The translations under genes were made by a program, and so were the position numbers. The notes below the pieces were generated by a model. That model saw only the letters and a program-made list of their open reading frames with translations, was not told the origin of the DNA and made no database searches. A DNA stretch of 64,000 nucleotides from Cyanidioschyzon merolae. Lineage: Eukaryota. The stretch lies in the NCBI GenBank assembly GCA_000091205.1, contig AP006498.2; one strand, given 5' to 3'. Each line of letters starts with the position of its first letter. Within the stretch, counting starts at the first letter, position 1. Positions 43,150 to 52,372 of this stretch are shown one piece after another.

Positions 43150-44310
43150 GTGACTCCATCGGCGCTGTGCTGCTCGAACTCAAAAAGTCACCGAAATCAA
43201 GACGATTCTCGACGCAGCAGAACGACGGTTCGTAAAATAACTGGTATCGTTATCCGACGCGCACGAACAAGCCTCCACTCTTGTCTGTTCCCTAGGTGTA
43301 GCATGCTCAGATCACGCAAGCTCCTAGTTTGCCGATCTTTCTGTTTTCAGGCAAATCGTAGAGACGGCAGTTGGCGCCGCAGGGATGGCGATCAGGAAAC
43401 TCAACGTTGTCACTTGACGGCTTGTTCACAAGATGGTGCCGAAAGCTCACTACACTTTTCATGTCTAATAATTGATTCCGTTCGAGCGACACATCCCGCT
43501 CTCTTCATGCCTATCGACGAGACTGAACTCGACAGCAGCCGCAGCAGCCGCAGCATGCTTCTGACGAGGTATGATCCCAGAGGCGTTCGTGTCTTCTGCT
43601 TCCATGGAAAAGCTTCTTGGACTCGGACGTCGATCATCGCAGCGACCGCTTCCATTTGCGAGCGGATCACCGGTTTGCACGAAGGGAGCGTAGACGGATC
43701 GAAATAGCTCGACTTGTCCCCGAGCCCGTATTTTCCTTCCGGTACTTGTTTCACCTTGGACAACACCGCGTTCCCCAAATCGTCTAAAGAATGGAGCAGC
43801 ATGCGCTTGTGCGTGCAAGGGACGGAGCACTCGCCGGCGTATTGTCCAGAACGGGCCCGTGATCGTTGGGTACGGCACCGGGTACGGAAACGGAGTAGCG
43901 CATGCTGGGCGATGCTTCTCCACTCGGAAAGGGCTTGTGCCAAGCGAGGCATTGTTCATTTATGCGCCAGGGGGCAGCGATCAGAGGAGGCATTGCGGGC
44001 GTATTGGAACACCTGGCCACAGCCAAGCGTCACCGCTGCGAATGGCGCACCCATTCTGTCTACGAAGACGGTGGAACTGGCAAGCGAAGCGCAGGTCGCA
44101 GCTTGAACCTGTTCGTCAAGTGCGCCAACAAGTACCGGAAGCGGGTGCATTGGGACGTCAAATCTGCCATCAACATCCTTCGGCAGCTGATAACGGAGCT
44201 GGAGCGACACGAGAGACCGGCATATTTCAAGCCGGATGCGCCATAGAGGAACAAAGAGCAGTCGTAGATACCGCGGGCAAAGGCTGGTGTCGTAGGTGAG
44301 AACTGGATGA
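43150..44310 (+). pseudogene. Degenerate family-2 TnpB/Fanzor-like element inside the left palindrome arm (mirrored copy at about 50241..51407, minus)
   Basis: Repeat X 43150..43707, then 'IVGYGTGYGNGV' (43859..), 'GVLEHLATAKRHRCEW' and 'VHWDVKSAINILRQ' (about 44163..44195, a degenerate NAAxNI RuvC-III box) across shifted frames. The tail 44255..44310 'gcagtcgtagataccgcgggcaaaggctggtgtcgtaggt' resembles the family-1 3' tail 'gcagtagtaggtgcccggtccatgaagactgggaggcgtccgtacgt'. Confidence 0.4.
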
Positions 44311-44637
44311 GACCCAGTATAATGATTACATATGCCCGAGTTTGTTAAGTGGAACGTTTCAATTTATTCTGAAATGGACGTAGGGCATCGATGTCCTTCA
44401 TCAAGCACCTTGTGCAGCACAGAAAATGAACCAGAATTGTTCGCTTGTGTGTCGAGGCGGCAAACTCCTCCGCACAATATCCCCGGCCGAAATGCTCTCA
44501 CACGGGCTCAGAGACATCTCTCTGGCATTGACATCCGATGCTCCAGGCTAGCTCGTACTAGGTGGCGCACTCTTCTAATACGAGACAGCAGACATGCACG
44601 TGTGTTGCACCGAGCGACAACGCGCCGGCGACGTCCT

Positions 44638-46014
44638 TCAGTAGCCCAGGTACCTCACTGGGGGTTTCTTCTTCCGACGTGTGCCGTCTGCGAAGCCGTC
44701 CCGACGATCATCGGTTTCATCGCTATCACCGCGTAGGTCGTGCACAAACCCCCGGAGGCTGGCCATCACTTTGTGGGCTTGGCGTCGCAGTTCAGCAGCG
44801 CGAAGCTGCTCGAATGCATCGTAGGTTCGCGAGCCGCTCGTTCCGACATCCCGCGGTCTACGCCGCAAGTGCTGAAACTTTTGCCATCCAGGAACCGCCT
44901 CATACCGGTGATCGCGCATAATTGGAAAGCAGTTGAAACCCTCCTCGCCGGGAAGTGGCTCCTCCGCAATAGACTCAATGGTGGGCAGTTTGATGCAGTG
45001 GTCATCCACCATCGTGGCAAAATCTACGCGTTGACTCGACAAATAATCGTCAAAGTCCAGGCTGTCAGGCGCAATGCGAAATACATTGGCAAGCTCGTCT
45101 GCGACATGCAGCCAGCCAATGTAGATGAGAAAAACAGAAAGCACGTAAATAATGTCCAGCCAGCGATAGTTTCCAATATCGATGCTGCTGGACGTTGCGC
45201 TCAATAAATTCAGATTTCCCGCGAGCAGTATGACACAAATCACGTAGATGCGCACTGTTGCGTTCACGAGCTGGCGGTACATCAGCGGAACTGGAACCCA
45301 CATGGGCACATATAAATAACCGAAATATCCGCGCACGAGCGCAAGCTGCTGCACAAGCTGAAGATGAACGAATTCCGTGATGCCGTAGCGGTGGTTCTGA
45401 TCACGCAGGCGAGAAAGCAAGTGCCCAGCCCACATGACTGGCATCGTCCACTGGGCTCTGTCTACATCATTCTCCAGCCGGTATCGCTCCTCAGGTGTGA
45501 TCAAGCCAATACGTTCCATGGCCTCAGTGGTGCGGTACGCATGATCACCGCCAAGAAAAACATCGCGAAGCACCATAGCGAACGGAATGCAGATCCACCG
45601 GACAATGAGTTGCTTCAACCGTGCAGCGCCGATAGGGTCGTTATCATCATACACGAAGGACGTCATCTCGAGAGCAATATTGTAGGCAGCGATTTGGCCA
45701 GTGCCACACATGACAACACGAACACTCCACCAACGGGAATAGATTGTGCTAGTATAAAACCCCAGCATAAAGGTAAGAATTGGCGAAAGGACACTGACAA
45801 GTGCTGCGAGAGTATTCAGGAAGGGTATCGGCCATTCTGCAACGTAGAGCTTGAGCGCTATCACGAGCACTGCGGCACCGATCCAGGAAAGAAGTTCAAA
45901 GAGCAACCGCTGGACCAATGAGCCGTACCAATGAAAGAAGACTCTAGTCCATGAAAGGGGAAATACATAGTCTTTCCCGAACGTGGCTATGGGATCCTTG
46001 TAGTAGATTGTCAT
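44638..46014 (-). CDS. Bestrophin-like (Bestrophin/RFP-TM/UPF0187 family) putative anion channel, 458 aa. Copy 1 of an identical pair
   Basis: 'LTFMLGFYTSTIYSRWWSVRV' matches the bestrophin 'F.LGFYV...RWW' motif. 'WLHVADELANVFRIAPDSLDFDDY' resembles the bestrophin 'NPFGEDDDDFE' box. Multiple TM helices. Genuine ATG (mirror of 48537). Confidence 0.7.
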   Translation of the reverse strand: MTIYYKDPIATFGKDYVFPLSWTRVFFHWYGSLVQRLLFELLSWIGAAVLVIALKLYVAEWPIPFLNTLAALVSVLSPILTFMLGFYTSTIYSRWWSVRVVMCGTGQIAAYNIALEMTSFVYDDNDPIGAARLKQLIVRWICIPFAMVLRDVFLGGDHAYRTTEAMERIGLITPEERYRLENDVDRAQWTMPVMWAGHLLSRLRDQNHRYGITEFVHLQLVQQLALVRGYFGYLYVPMWVPVPLMYRQLVNATVRIYVICVILLAGNLNLLSATSSSIDIGNYRWLDIIYVLSVFLIYIGWLHVADELANVFRIAPDSLDFDDYLSSQRVDFATMVDDHCIKLPTIESIAEEPLPGEEGFNCFPIMRDHRYEAVPGWQKFQHLRRRPRDVGTSGSRTYDAFEQLRAAELRRQAHKVMASLRGFVHDLRGDSDETDDRRDGFADGTRRKKKPPVRYLGY

Positions 46015-46353
46015 CTCTGGGAAACAAACGTGCCGCGTACCAGGTAAAGGCGTCGCTGGCCTGTGGAAACCTCTTCGGGCTCTTCAAATACGCACAAACA
46101 CCGCTTGGGTGCTTGCGCAACTCTGATTTGTGCTTTGGTCGTCGAACGGGGACTCGCTCGCTCTTGAACAGCAGCCGCACTCGAGCCGTGTGCACGTTTC
46201 CAACCTACGAAAACGCGAACTCCCGCTTCCAGCAGGTATCCTGATCTTGTTGCCTCTACGGTCAGGACGCGCAGTAAGCCTGGTTCACGTACGTACCGAC
46301 TATTTACCGGTGATAGTCGTCCGATCGCAGTGAGACCTACGGCGTCCCGTGTG

Positions 46354-47030
46354 TTTCGCAATCTGTCTGCAATAGCCGTTAGACAACCTGTTTATGGTTG
46401 CTTTGTGGCTCTGTGGCAAACACACACGCCGACACCGAACACTTTCCAAAAGTCGAACGACGCCAGCGCTGTACAGTACTGGCGAGAAGCCCGCCCTAGA
46501 CAAGAAGTCTCCAGCTGACGTACGGACGCCTCCCAGTCTTCATGGACCGGGCACCTACTACTGCTTCCAATTGTTTCTCATATAGTTCCACTTTGGGAGG
46601 TTGCCCCCACAAAATTCTCTCTTGTCAGCGCTGGAGGTCTGCTTTCCAGCACCGCACATCTCCTGATATTGATGGCGGCATTAAAGTCTCGGTTCACAAA
46701 CTCCATACGTTTCTTGCCATCACTGGTTGTACTCACTAGTGCGAGTAGCCCTCGAACTTTCGCCCTTGTTTCCATTTGCTCCTCCGTCAGCGGTCCGTAC
46801 TTTTCTATGTCTTCAGGGCTCCGCTGGCACTTTTCCATCCCGACCCTCTTAAGTACGCACCCCAGTTCATGGTGTGTATAGGACGTTCGGAACCCATCTA
46901 TCGGTATCGTAACAAAACGCTGTGCGCACTCCCTGTATGTTCTTGTCGACGGAGCTGGTACACATTCTTTTTGGGTCTTCCATCGCCCTGCTCCGTATGC
47001 CACTACGAGCCTCTGACGCTCGTCCTCCTT
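46354..47030 (-). mobile_element. Fanzor family-1 copy B: 3' half only (C-terminal about 150 aa plus conserved 3' tail), in the left palindrome arm
   Basis: ORF 46578..47123(-): '...KEDERQRLVVAYGAGRWKTQ...RFVTIPIDGFRTSYTHHELGC...SDGKKRMEFVNRDFNAAINIRRCAVLESRPPALTRENFVGATSQSGTI'. RuvC-III is intact (about 46651..46691). The RuvC-II position carries G ('IDGFRTS'). The tail 46354..46577 mirrors 47974..48197. Confidence 0.6.
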
Positions 47031-47039
47031 CATAATCCA

Positions 47040-48197
47040 TTTCCGTCTTCGATATTGTACGTGACGAAGCATGAAGATGAGAAGGAGGCGGGTCCTGCGA
47101 CGCAGAAAGTGCATGAGAACCACTTTGTCGTTGGCGCGGGCCCTGGGAACACGAATATCATGACCATCACAACACGCCGTTGTGGGGATGATGGCGTCGA
47201 CGGCAACTTACGTCAAAAAACACACGCGTGTTTTAAAGCGCTAAAGAACGAGATATTACCGAGAGTTCGGTGTGATGAATGCAAAGAAGAAAAGTGGAAC
47301 GTGGAGTGCTGGAGTGAAAAAGCACCTGGAAGCGATCAGCCAGGTGACGAGCCGAGAAGCGGACTTTAAAGCTTTTCGGAAATTCATGGAAGTTCGTGTT
47401 GCTCACTGGGATGCGCTGTGGGAGGGGCATACAAAGCCCCGGTGGGCTCGTCTGCGAATGAATCTATACTGTGGCAAGCAGCGCGCATTCGCGAACTTTT
47501 TCAACCAGCTGAGCGCCGTGAAGGAGGACGAGCGTCAGAGGCTCGTAGTGGCATACGGAGCAGGGCGATGGAAGACCCAAAAAGAATGTGTACCAGCTCC
47601 GTCGACAAGAACATACAGGGAGTGCGCACAGCGTTTTGTTACGATACCGATAGATGGGTTCCGAACGTCCTATACACACCATGAACTGGGGTGCGTACTT
47701 AAGAGGGTCGGGATGGAAAAGTGCCAGCGGAGCCCTGAAGACATAGAAAAGTACGGACCGCTGACGGAGGAGCAAATGGAAACAAGGGCGAAAGTTCGAG
47801 GGCTACTCGCACTAGTGAGTACAACCAGTGATGGCAAGAAACGTATGGAGTTTGTGAACCGAGACTTTAATGCCGCCATCAATATCAGGAGATGTGCGGT
47901 GCTGGAAAGCAGACCTCCAGCGCTGACAAGAGAGAATTTTGTGGGGGCAACCTCCCAAAGTGGAACTATATGAGAAACAATTGGAAGCAGTAGTAGGTGC
48001 CCGGTCCATGAAGACTGGGAGGCGTCCGTACGTCAGCTGGAGACTTCTTGTCTAGGGCGGGCTTCTCGCCAGTACTGTACAGCGCTGGCGTCGTTCGACT
48101 TTTGGAAAGTGTTCGGTGTCGGCGTGTGTGTTTGCCACAGAGCCACAAAGCAACCATAAACAGGTTGTCTAACGGCTATTGCAGACAGATTGCGAAA
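47040..48197 (+). mobile_element. Fanzor family-1 copy B-prime: 5'-truncated pseudogene (RuvC-I region through C-terminus plus 3' tail), spanning the palindrome spacer and right arm
   Basis: 46776-frame: '...HEDEKEAGPATQKVHENHFVVGAGPGNTNIMTITT', where RuvC-I Asp is replaced ('VGAGPG' versus 'VGLDTG' in copy A, about 47118..47145). It then shifts into the 47272..47973 frame: '...TWSAGVKKHLEAISQ...MEFVNRDFNAAINI...'. The region upstream of 47040 is the inverted arm, so the N-terminus is absent. The 3' tail ends with 'gattgcgaaac' at about 48187..48197. Confidence 0.6.
47974..48197 (+). ncRNA. Candidate omega-RNA-like conserved 3' segment of Fanzor B-prime (mirror copy at 46354..46577, minus)
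   Basis: Directly follows the stop at 47973: 'gtgggggcaacctcccaaagtggaac...agcagtagtaggtgcccggtccatgaagactgggaggcgtccgtacgt...ggctattgcagacagattgcgaaac'. It shares the conserved blocks of copy A and of copies at 56040..56150 and 63870..63985, and carries an extra insert of about 150 nt relative to A. Confidence 0.35.
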
Positions 48198-48536
48198 CAC
48201 ACGGGACGCCGTAGGTCTCACTGCGATCGGACGACTATCACCGGTAAATAGTCGGTACGTACGTGAACCAGGCTTACTGCGCGTCCTGACCGTAGAGGCA
48301 ACAAGATCAGGATACCTGCTGGAAGCGGGAGTTCGCGTTTTCGTAGGTTGGAAACGTGCACACGGCTCGAGTGCGGCTGCTGTTCAAGAGCGAGCGAGTC
48401 CCCGTTCGACGACCAAAGCACAAATCAGAGTTGCGCAAGCACCCAAGCGGTGTTTGTGCGTATTTGAAGAGCCCGAAGAGGTTTCCACAGGCCAGCGACG
48501 CCTTTACCTGGTACGCGGCACGTTTGTTTCCCAGAG

Positions 48537-49913
48537 ATGACAATCTACTACAAGGATCCCATAGCCACGTTCGGGAAAGACTATGTATTTCCCCTTTCAT
48601 GGACTAGAGTCTTCTTTCATTGGTACGGCTCATTGGTCCAGCGGTTGCTCTTTGAACTTCTTTCCTGGATCGGTGCCGCAGTGCTCGTGATAGCGCTCAA
48701 GCTCTACGTTGCAGAATGGCCGATACCCTTCCTGAATACTCTCGCAGCACTTGTCAGTGTCCTTTCGCCAATTCTTACCTTTATGCTGGGGTTTTATACT
48801 AGCACAATCTATTCCCGTTGGTGGAGTGTTCGTGTTGTCATGTGTGGCACTGGCCAAATCGCTGCCTACAATATTGCTCTCGAGATGACGTCCTTCGTGT
48901 ATGATGATAACGACCCTATCGGCGCTGCACGGTTGAAGCAACTCATTGTCCGGTGGATCTGCATTCCGTTCGCTATGGTGCTTCGCGATGTTTTTCTTGG
49001 CGGTGATCATGCGTACCGCACCACTGAGGCCATGGAACGTATTGGCTTGATCACACCTGAGGAGCGATACCGGCTGGAGAATGATGTAGACAGAGCCCAG
49101 TGGACGATGCCAGTCATGTGGGCTGGGCACTTGCTTTCTCGCCTGCGTGATCAGAACCACCGCTACGGCATCACGGAATTCGTTCATCTTCAGCTTGTGC
49201 AGCAGCTTGCGCTCGTGCGCGGATATTTCGGTTATTTATATGTGCCCATGTGGGTTCCAGTTCCGCTGATGTACCGCCAGCTCGTGAACGCAACAGTGCG
49301 CATCTACGTGATTTGTGTCATACTGCTCGCGGGAAATCTGAATTTATTGAGCGCAACGTCCAGCAGCATCGATATTGGAAACTATCGCTGGCTGGACATT
49401 ATTTACGTGCTTTCTGTTTTTCTCATCTACATTGGCTGGCTGCATGTCGCAGACGAGCTTGCCAATGTATTTCGCATTGCGCCTGACAGCCTGGACTTTG
49501 ACGATTATTTGTCGAGTCAACGCGTAGATTTTGCCACGATGGTGGATGACCACTGCATCAAACTGCCCACCATTGAGTCTATTGCGGAGGAGCCACTTCC
49601 CGGCGAGGAGGGTTTCAACTGCTTTCCAATTATGCGCGATCACCGGTATGAGGCGGTTCCTGGATGGCAAAAGTTTCAGCACTTGCGGCGTAGACCGCGG
49701 GATGTCGGAACGAGCGGCTCGCGAACCTACGATGCATTCGAGCAGCTTCGCGCTGCTGAACTGCGACGCCAAGCCCACAAAGTGATGGCCAGCCTCCGGG
49801 GGTTTGTGCACGACCTACGCGGTGATAGCGATGAAACCGATGATCGTCGGGACGGCTTCGCAGACGGCACACGTCGGAAGAAGAAACCCCCAGTGAGGTA
49901 CCTGGGCTACTGA
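48537..49913 (+). CDS. Bestrophin-like protein, copy 2 (identical to 44638..46014)
   Basis: Identical 458-aa translation. Genuine ATG at 48537. Confidence 0.7.
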   Translation: MTIYYKDPIATFGKDYVFPLSWTRVFFHWYGSLVQRLLFELLSWIGAAVLVIALKLYVAEWPIPFLNTLAALVSVLSPILTFMLGFYTSTIYSRWWSVRVVMCGTGQIAAYNIALEMTSFVYDDNDPIGAARLKQLIVRWICIPFAMVLRDVFLGGDHAYRTTEAMERIGLITPEERYRLENDVDRAQWTMPVMWAGHLLSRLRDQNHRYGITEFVHLQLVQQLALVRGYFGYLYVPMWVPVPLMYRQLVNATVRIYVICVILLAGNLNLLSATSSSIDIGNYRWLDIIYVLSVFLIYIGWLHVADELANVFRIAPDSLDFDDYLSSQRVDFATMVDDHCIKLPTIESIAEEPLPGEEGFNCFPIMRDHRYEAVPGWQKFQHLRRRPRDVGTSGSRTYDAFEQLRAAELRRQAHKVMASLRGFVHDLRGDSDETDDRRDGFADGTRRKKKPPVRYLGY

Positions 49914-52372
49914 AGGACGTCGCCGGCGCGTTGTCGCTCGGTGCAACACACGTGCATGTCTGCTGTCTCGTATTAGAAGAGTGCGCCACCTAGTACGAGC
50001 TAGCCTGGAGCATCGGATGTCAATGCCAGAGAGATGTCTCTGAGCCCGTGTGAGAGCATTTCGGCCGGGGATATTGTGCGGAGGAGTTTGCCGCCTCGAC
50101 ACACAAGCGAACAATTCTGGTTCATTTTCTGTGCTGCACAAGGTGCTTGATGAAGGACATCGATGCCCTACGTCCATTTCAGAATAAATTGAAACGTTCC
50201 ACTTAACAAACTCGGGCATATGTAATCATTATACTGGGTCTCATCCAGTTCTCACCTACGACACCAGCCTTTGCCCGCGGTATCTACGACTGCTCTTTGT
50301 TCCTCTATGGCGCATCCGGCTTGAAATATGCCGGTCTCTCGTGTCGCTCCAGCTCCGTTATCAGCTGCCGAAGGATGTTGATGGCAGATTTGACGTCCCA
50401 ATGCACCCGCTTCCGGTACTTGTTGGCGCACTTGACGAACAGGTTCAAGCTGCGACCTGCGCTTCGCTTGCCAGTTCCACCGTCTTCGTAGACAGAATGG
50501 GTGCGCCATTCGCAGCGGTGACGCTTGGCTGTGGCCAGGTGTTCCAATACGCCCGCAATGCCTCCTCTGATCGCTGCCCCCTGGCGCATAAATGAACAAT
50601 GCCTCGCTTGGCACAAGCCCTTTCCGAGTGGAGAAGCATCGCCCAGCATGCGCTACTCCGTTTCCGTACCCGGTGCCGTACCCAACGATCACGGGCCCGT
50701 TCTGGACAATACGCCGGCGAGTGCTCCGTCCCTTGCACGCACAAGCGCATGCTGCTCCATTCTTTAGACGATTTGGGGAACGCGGTGTTGTCCAAGGTGA
50801 AACAAGTACCGGAAGGAAAATACGGGCTCGGGGACAAGTCGAGCTATTTCGATCCGTCTACGCTCCCTTCGTGCAAACCGGTGATCCGCTCGCAAATGGA
50901 AGCGGTCGCTGCGATGATCGACGTCCGAGTCCAAGAAGCTTTTCCATGGAAGCAGAAGACACGAACGCCTCTGGGATCATACCTCGTCAGAAGCATGCTG
51001 CTGCTGCGGCTGCTGCGGCTGCTGTCGAGTTCAGTCTCGTCGATAGGCATGAAGAGAGCGGGATGTGTCGCTCGAACGGAATCAATTATTAGACATGAAA
51101 AGTGTAGTGAGCTTTCGGCACCATCTTGTGAACAAGCCGTCAAGTGACAACGTTGAGTTTCCTGATCGCCATCCCTGCGGCGCCAACTGCCGTCTCTACG
51201 ATTTGCCTGAAAACAGAAAGATCGGCAAACTAGGAGCTTGCGTGATCTGAGCATGCTACACCTAGGGAACAGACAAGAGTGGAGGCTTGTTCGTGCGCGT
51301 CGGATAACGATACCAGTTATTTTACGAACCGTCGTTCTGCTGCGTCGAGAATCGTCTTGATTTCGGTGACTTTTTGAGTTCGAGCAGCACAGCGCCGATG
51401 GAGTCACTCCGAAATGGACGATTGCGAGTCCGAAGACGCATTCGCATCCGAAAGAGCTCTTTCATGGACTACAGATATCGAAGCTGTATACATGACAAAA
51501 GTTCGGGAATGAATCCGCAAGGCAGGAATCGAGCATGCAGTTCAGTATTCCATTCTAATCTGATAGCCCCGTCGGCGACGAGGATCTCAGAGTCGGATTG
51601 CACCTGCACTGATTCCGGGGATCTTGGTGTGCATGATGGAAATCTTTGGAAAATGTTCTGCGAATGATGGAACACGGGAAGTGTTGGACGCTTCCACCGT
51701 GCGCCCAGCTCTTTCTGATGCCTCCGAAAATGGAATTTTCGGAGCGCTCTCGGACACTAGTCTTGTGTGCGGTGCTTTGCACTCGATGGACGCAAAGAGT
51801 ACCGAAGCGAATCCTCACGAAGTTACGGATTCGCGCTCATTCAAGCAATCCCGGAGACATACCATAGAGTTGACATCGACGTTGCGCTGCCTCGGACCTT
51901 ACCAGGGATTGGTCACAGCACAAACGTCGGCGTCGCTCATGCTGCAGCGCCGGCGCTCTAGGCTCACTGTGGGCCCCCCTATCAAGCACTTGGCCCCGGA
52001 GGATTGCACGAAGCGACGGTTATCTCCAAAGAAAAGCGCGCGTGGTTGTTGTTGGGGCTTGAAGATCTGTTGCCGCGGAATGGACGCTCTCTCTGATGCC
52101 GTCAACCCTCGCGCAGTCAAGGATTCCTTCGAGTGTGTAAACGAATCTACACACCCCTGTGGGAAATCGCTCGTGCGAGAGAAGATGTACTTTTAGGGAC
52201 AATAATGTATGTCTTGTACGTCCGTGCGCGTGGCCTCGACAGCAGCGCAGCACCTGCACCTTGCAGTCGTTTCGAGCGCGCAGCCAGTGCTTGTTGTAAA
52301 CGACCTAGTCTAGGGTTGCTGGGGCGGTCCTCGCGTCAGGCTGTCCGCCCGACACACCTTGCAATAGGCACC

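Larger units (their letters stand above)
42997..47030. repeat. Left arm of a large inverted repeat (palindrome), 4034 bp
   Basis: ORF-track pairs are identical in mirrored positions: 44638..46014(-) equals 48537..49913(+), with coordinate sums of 94551. 43150..43707(+) matches 50844..51407(-) except for a 6-bp CAG indel. Arm boundaries were inferred from where the paired ORFs diverge (about 42997/51560 outside, 47030/47521 inside). Confidence 0.85.
47521..51560. repeat. Right arm of the inverted repeat, 4040 bp. The 490-bp spacer 47031..47520 is unique
   Basis: As for the left arm. The spacer encodes the middle (RuvC-I-like) part of the Fanzor B-prime copy and has no mirror. Confidence 0.85.

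Noticed and set aside
45364-45921. 185-aa ORF antisense to the bestrophin gene (and its mirror 48630..49187)
   Set aside because: Fully contained in the conserved bestrophin CDS, with no family similarity.
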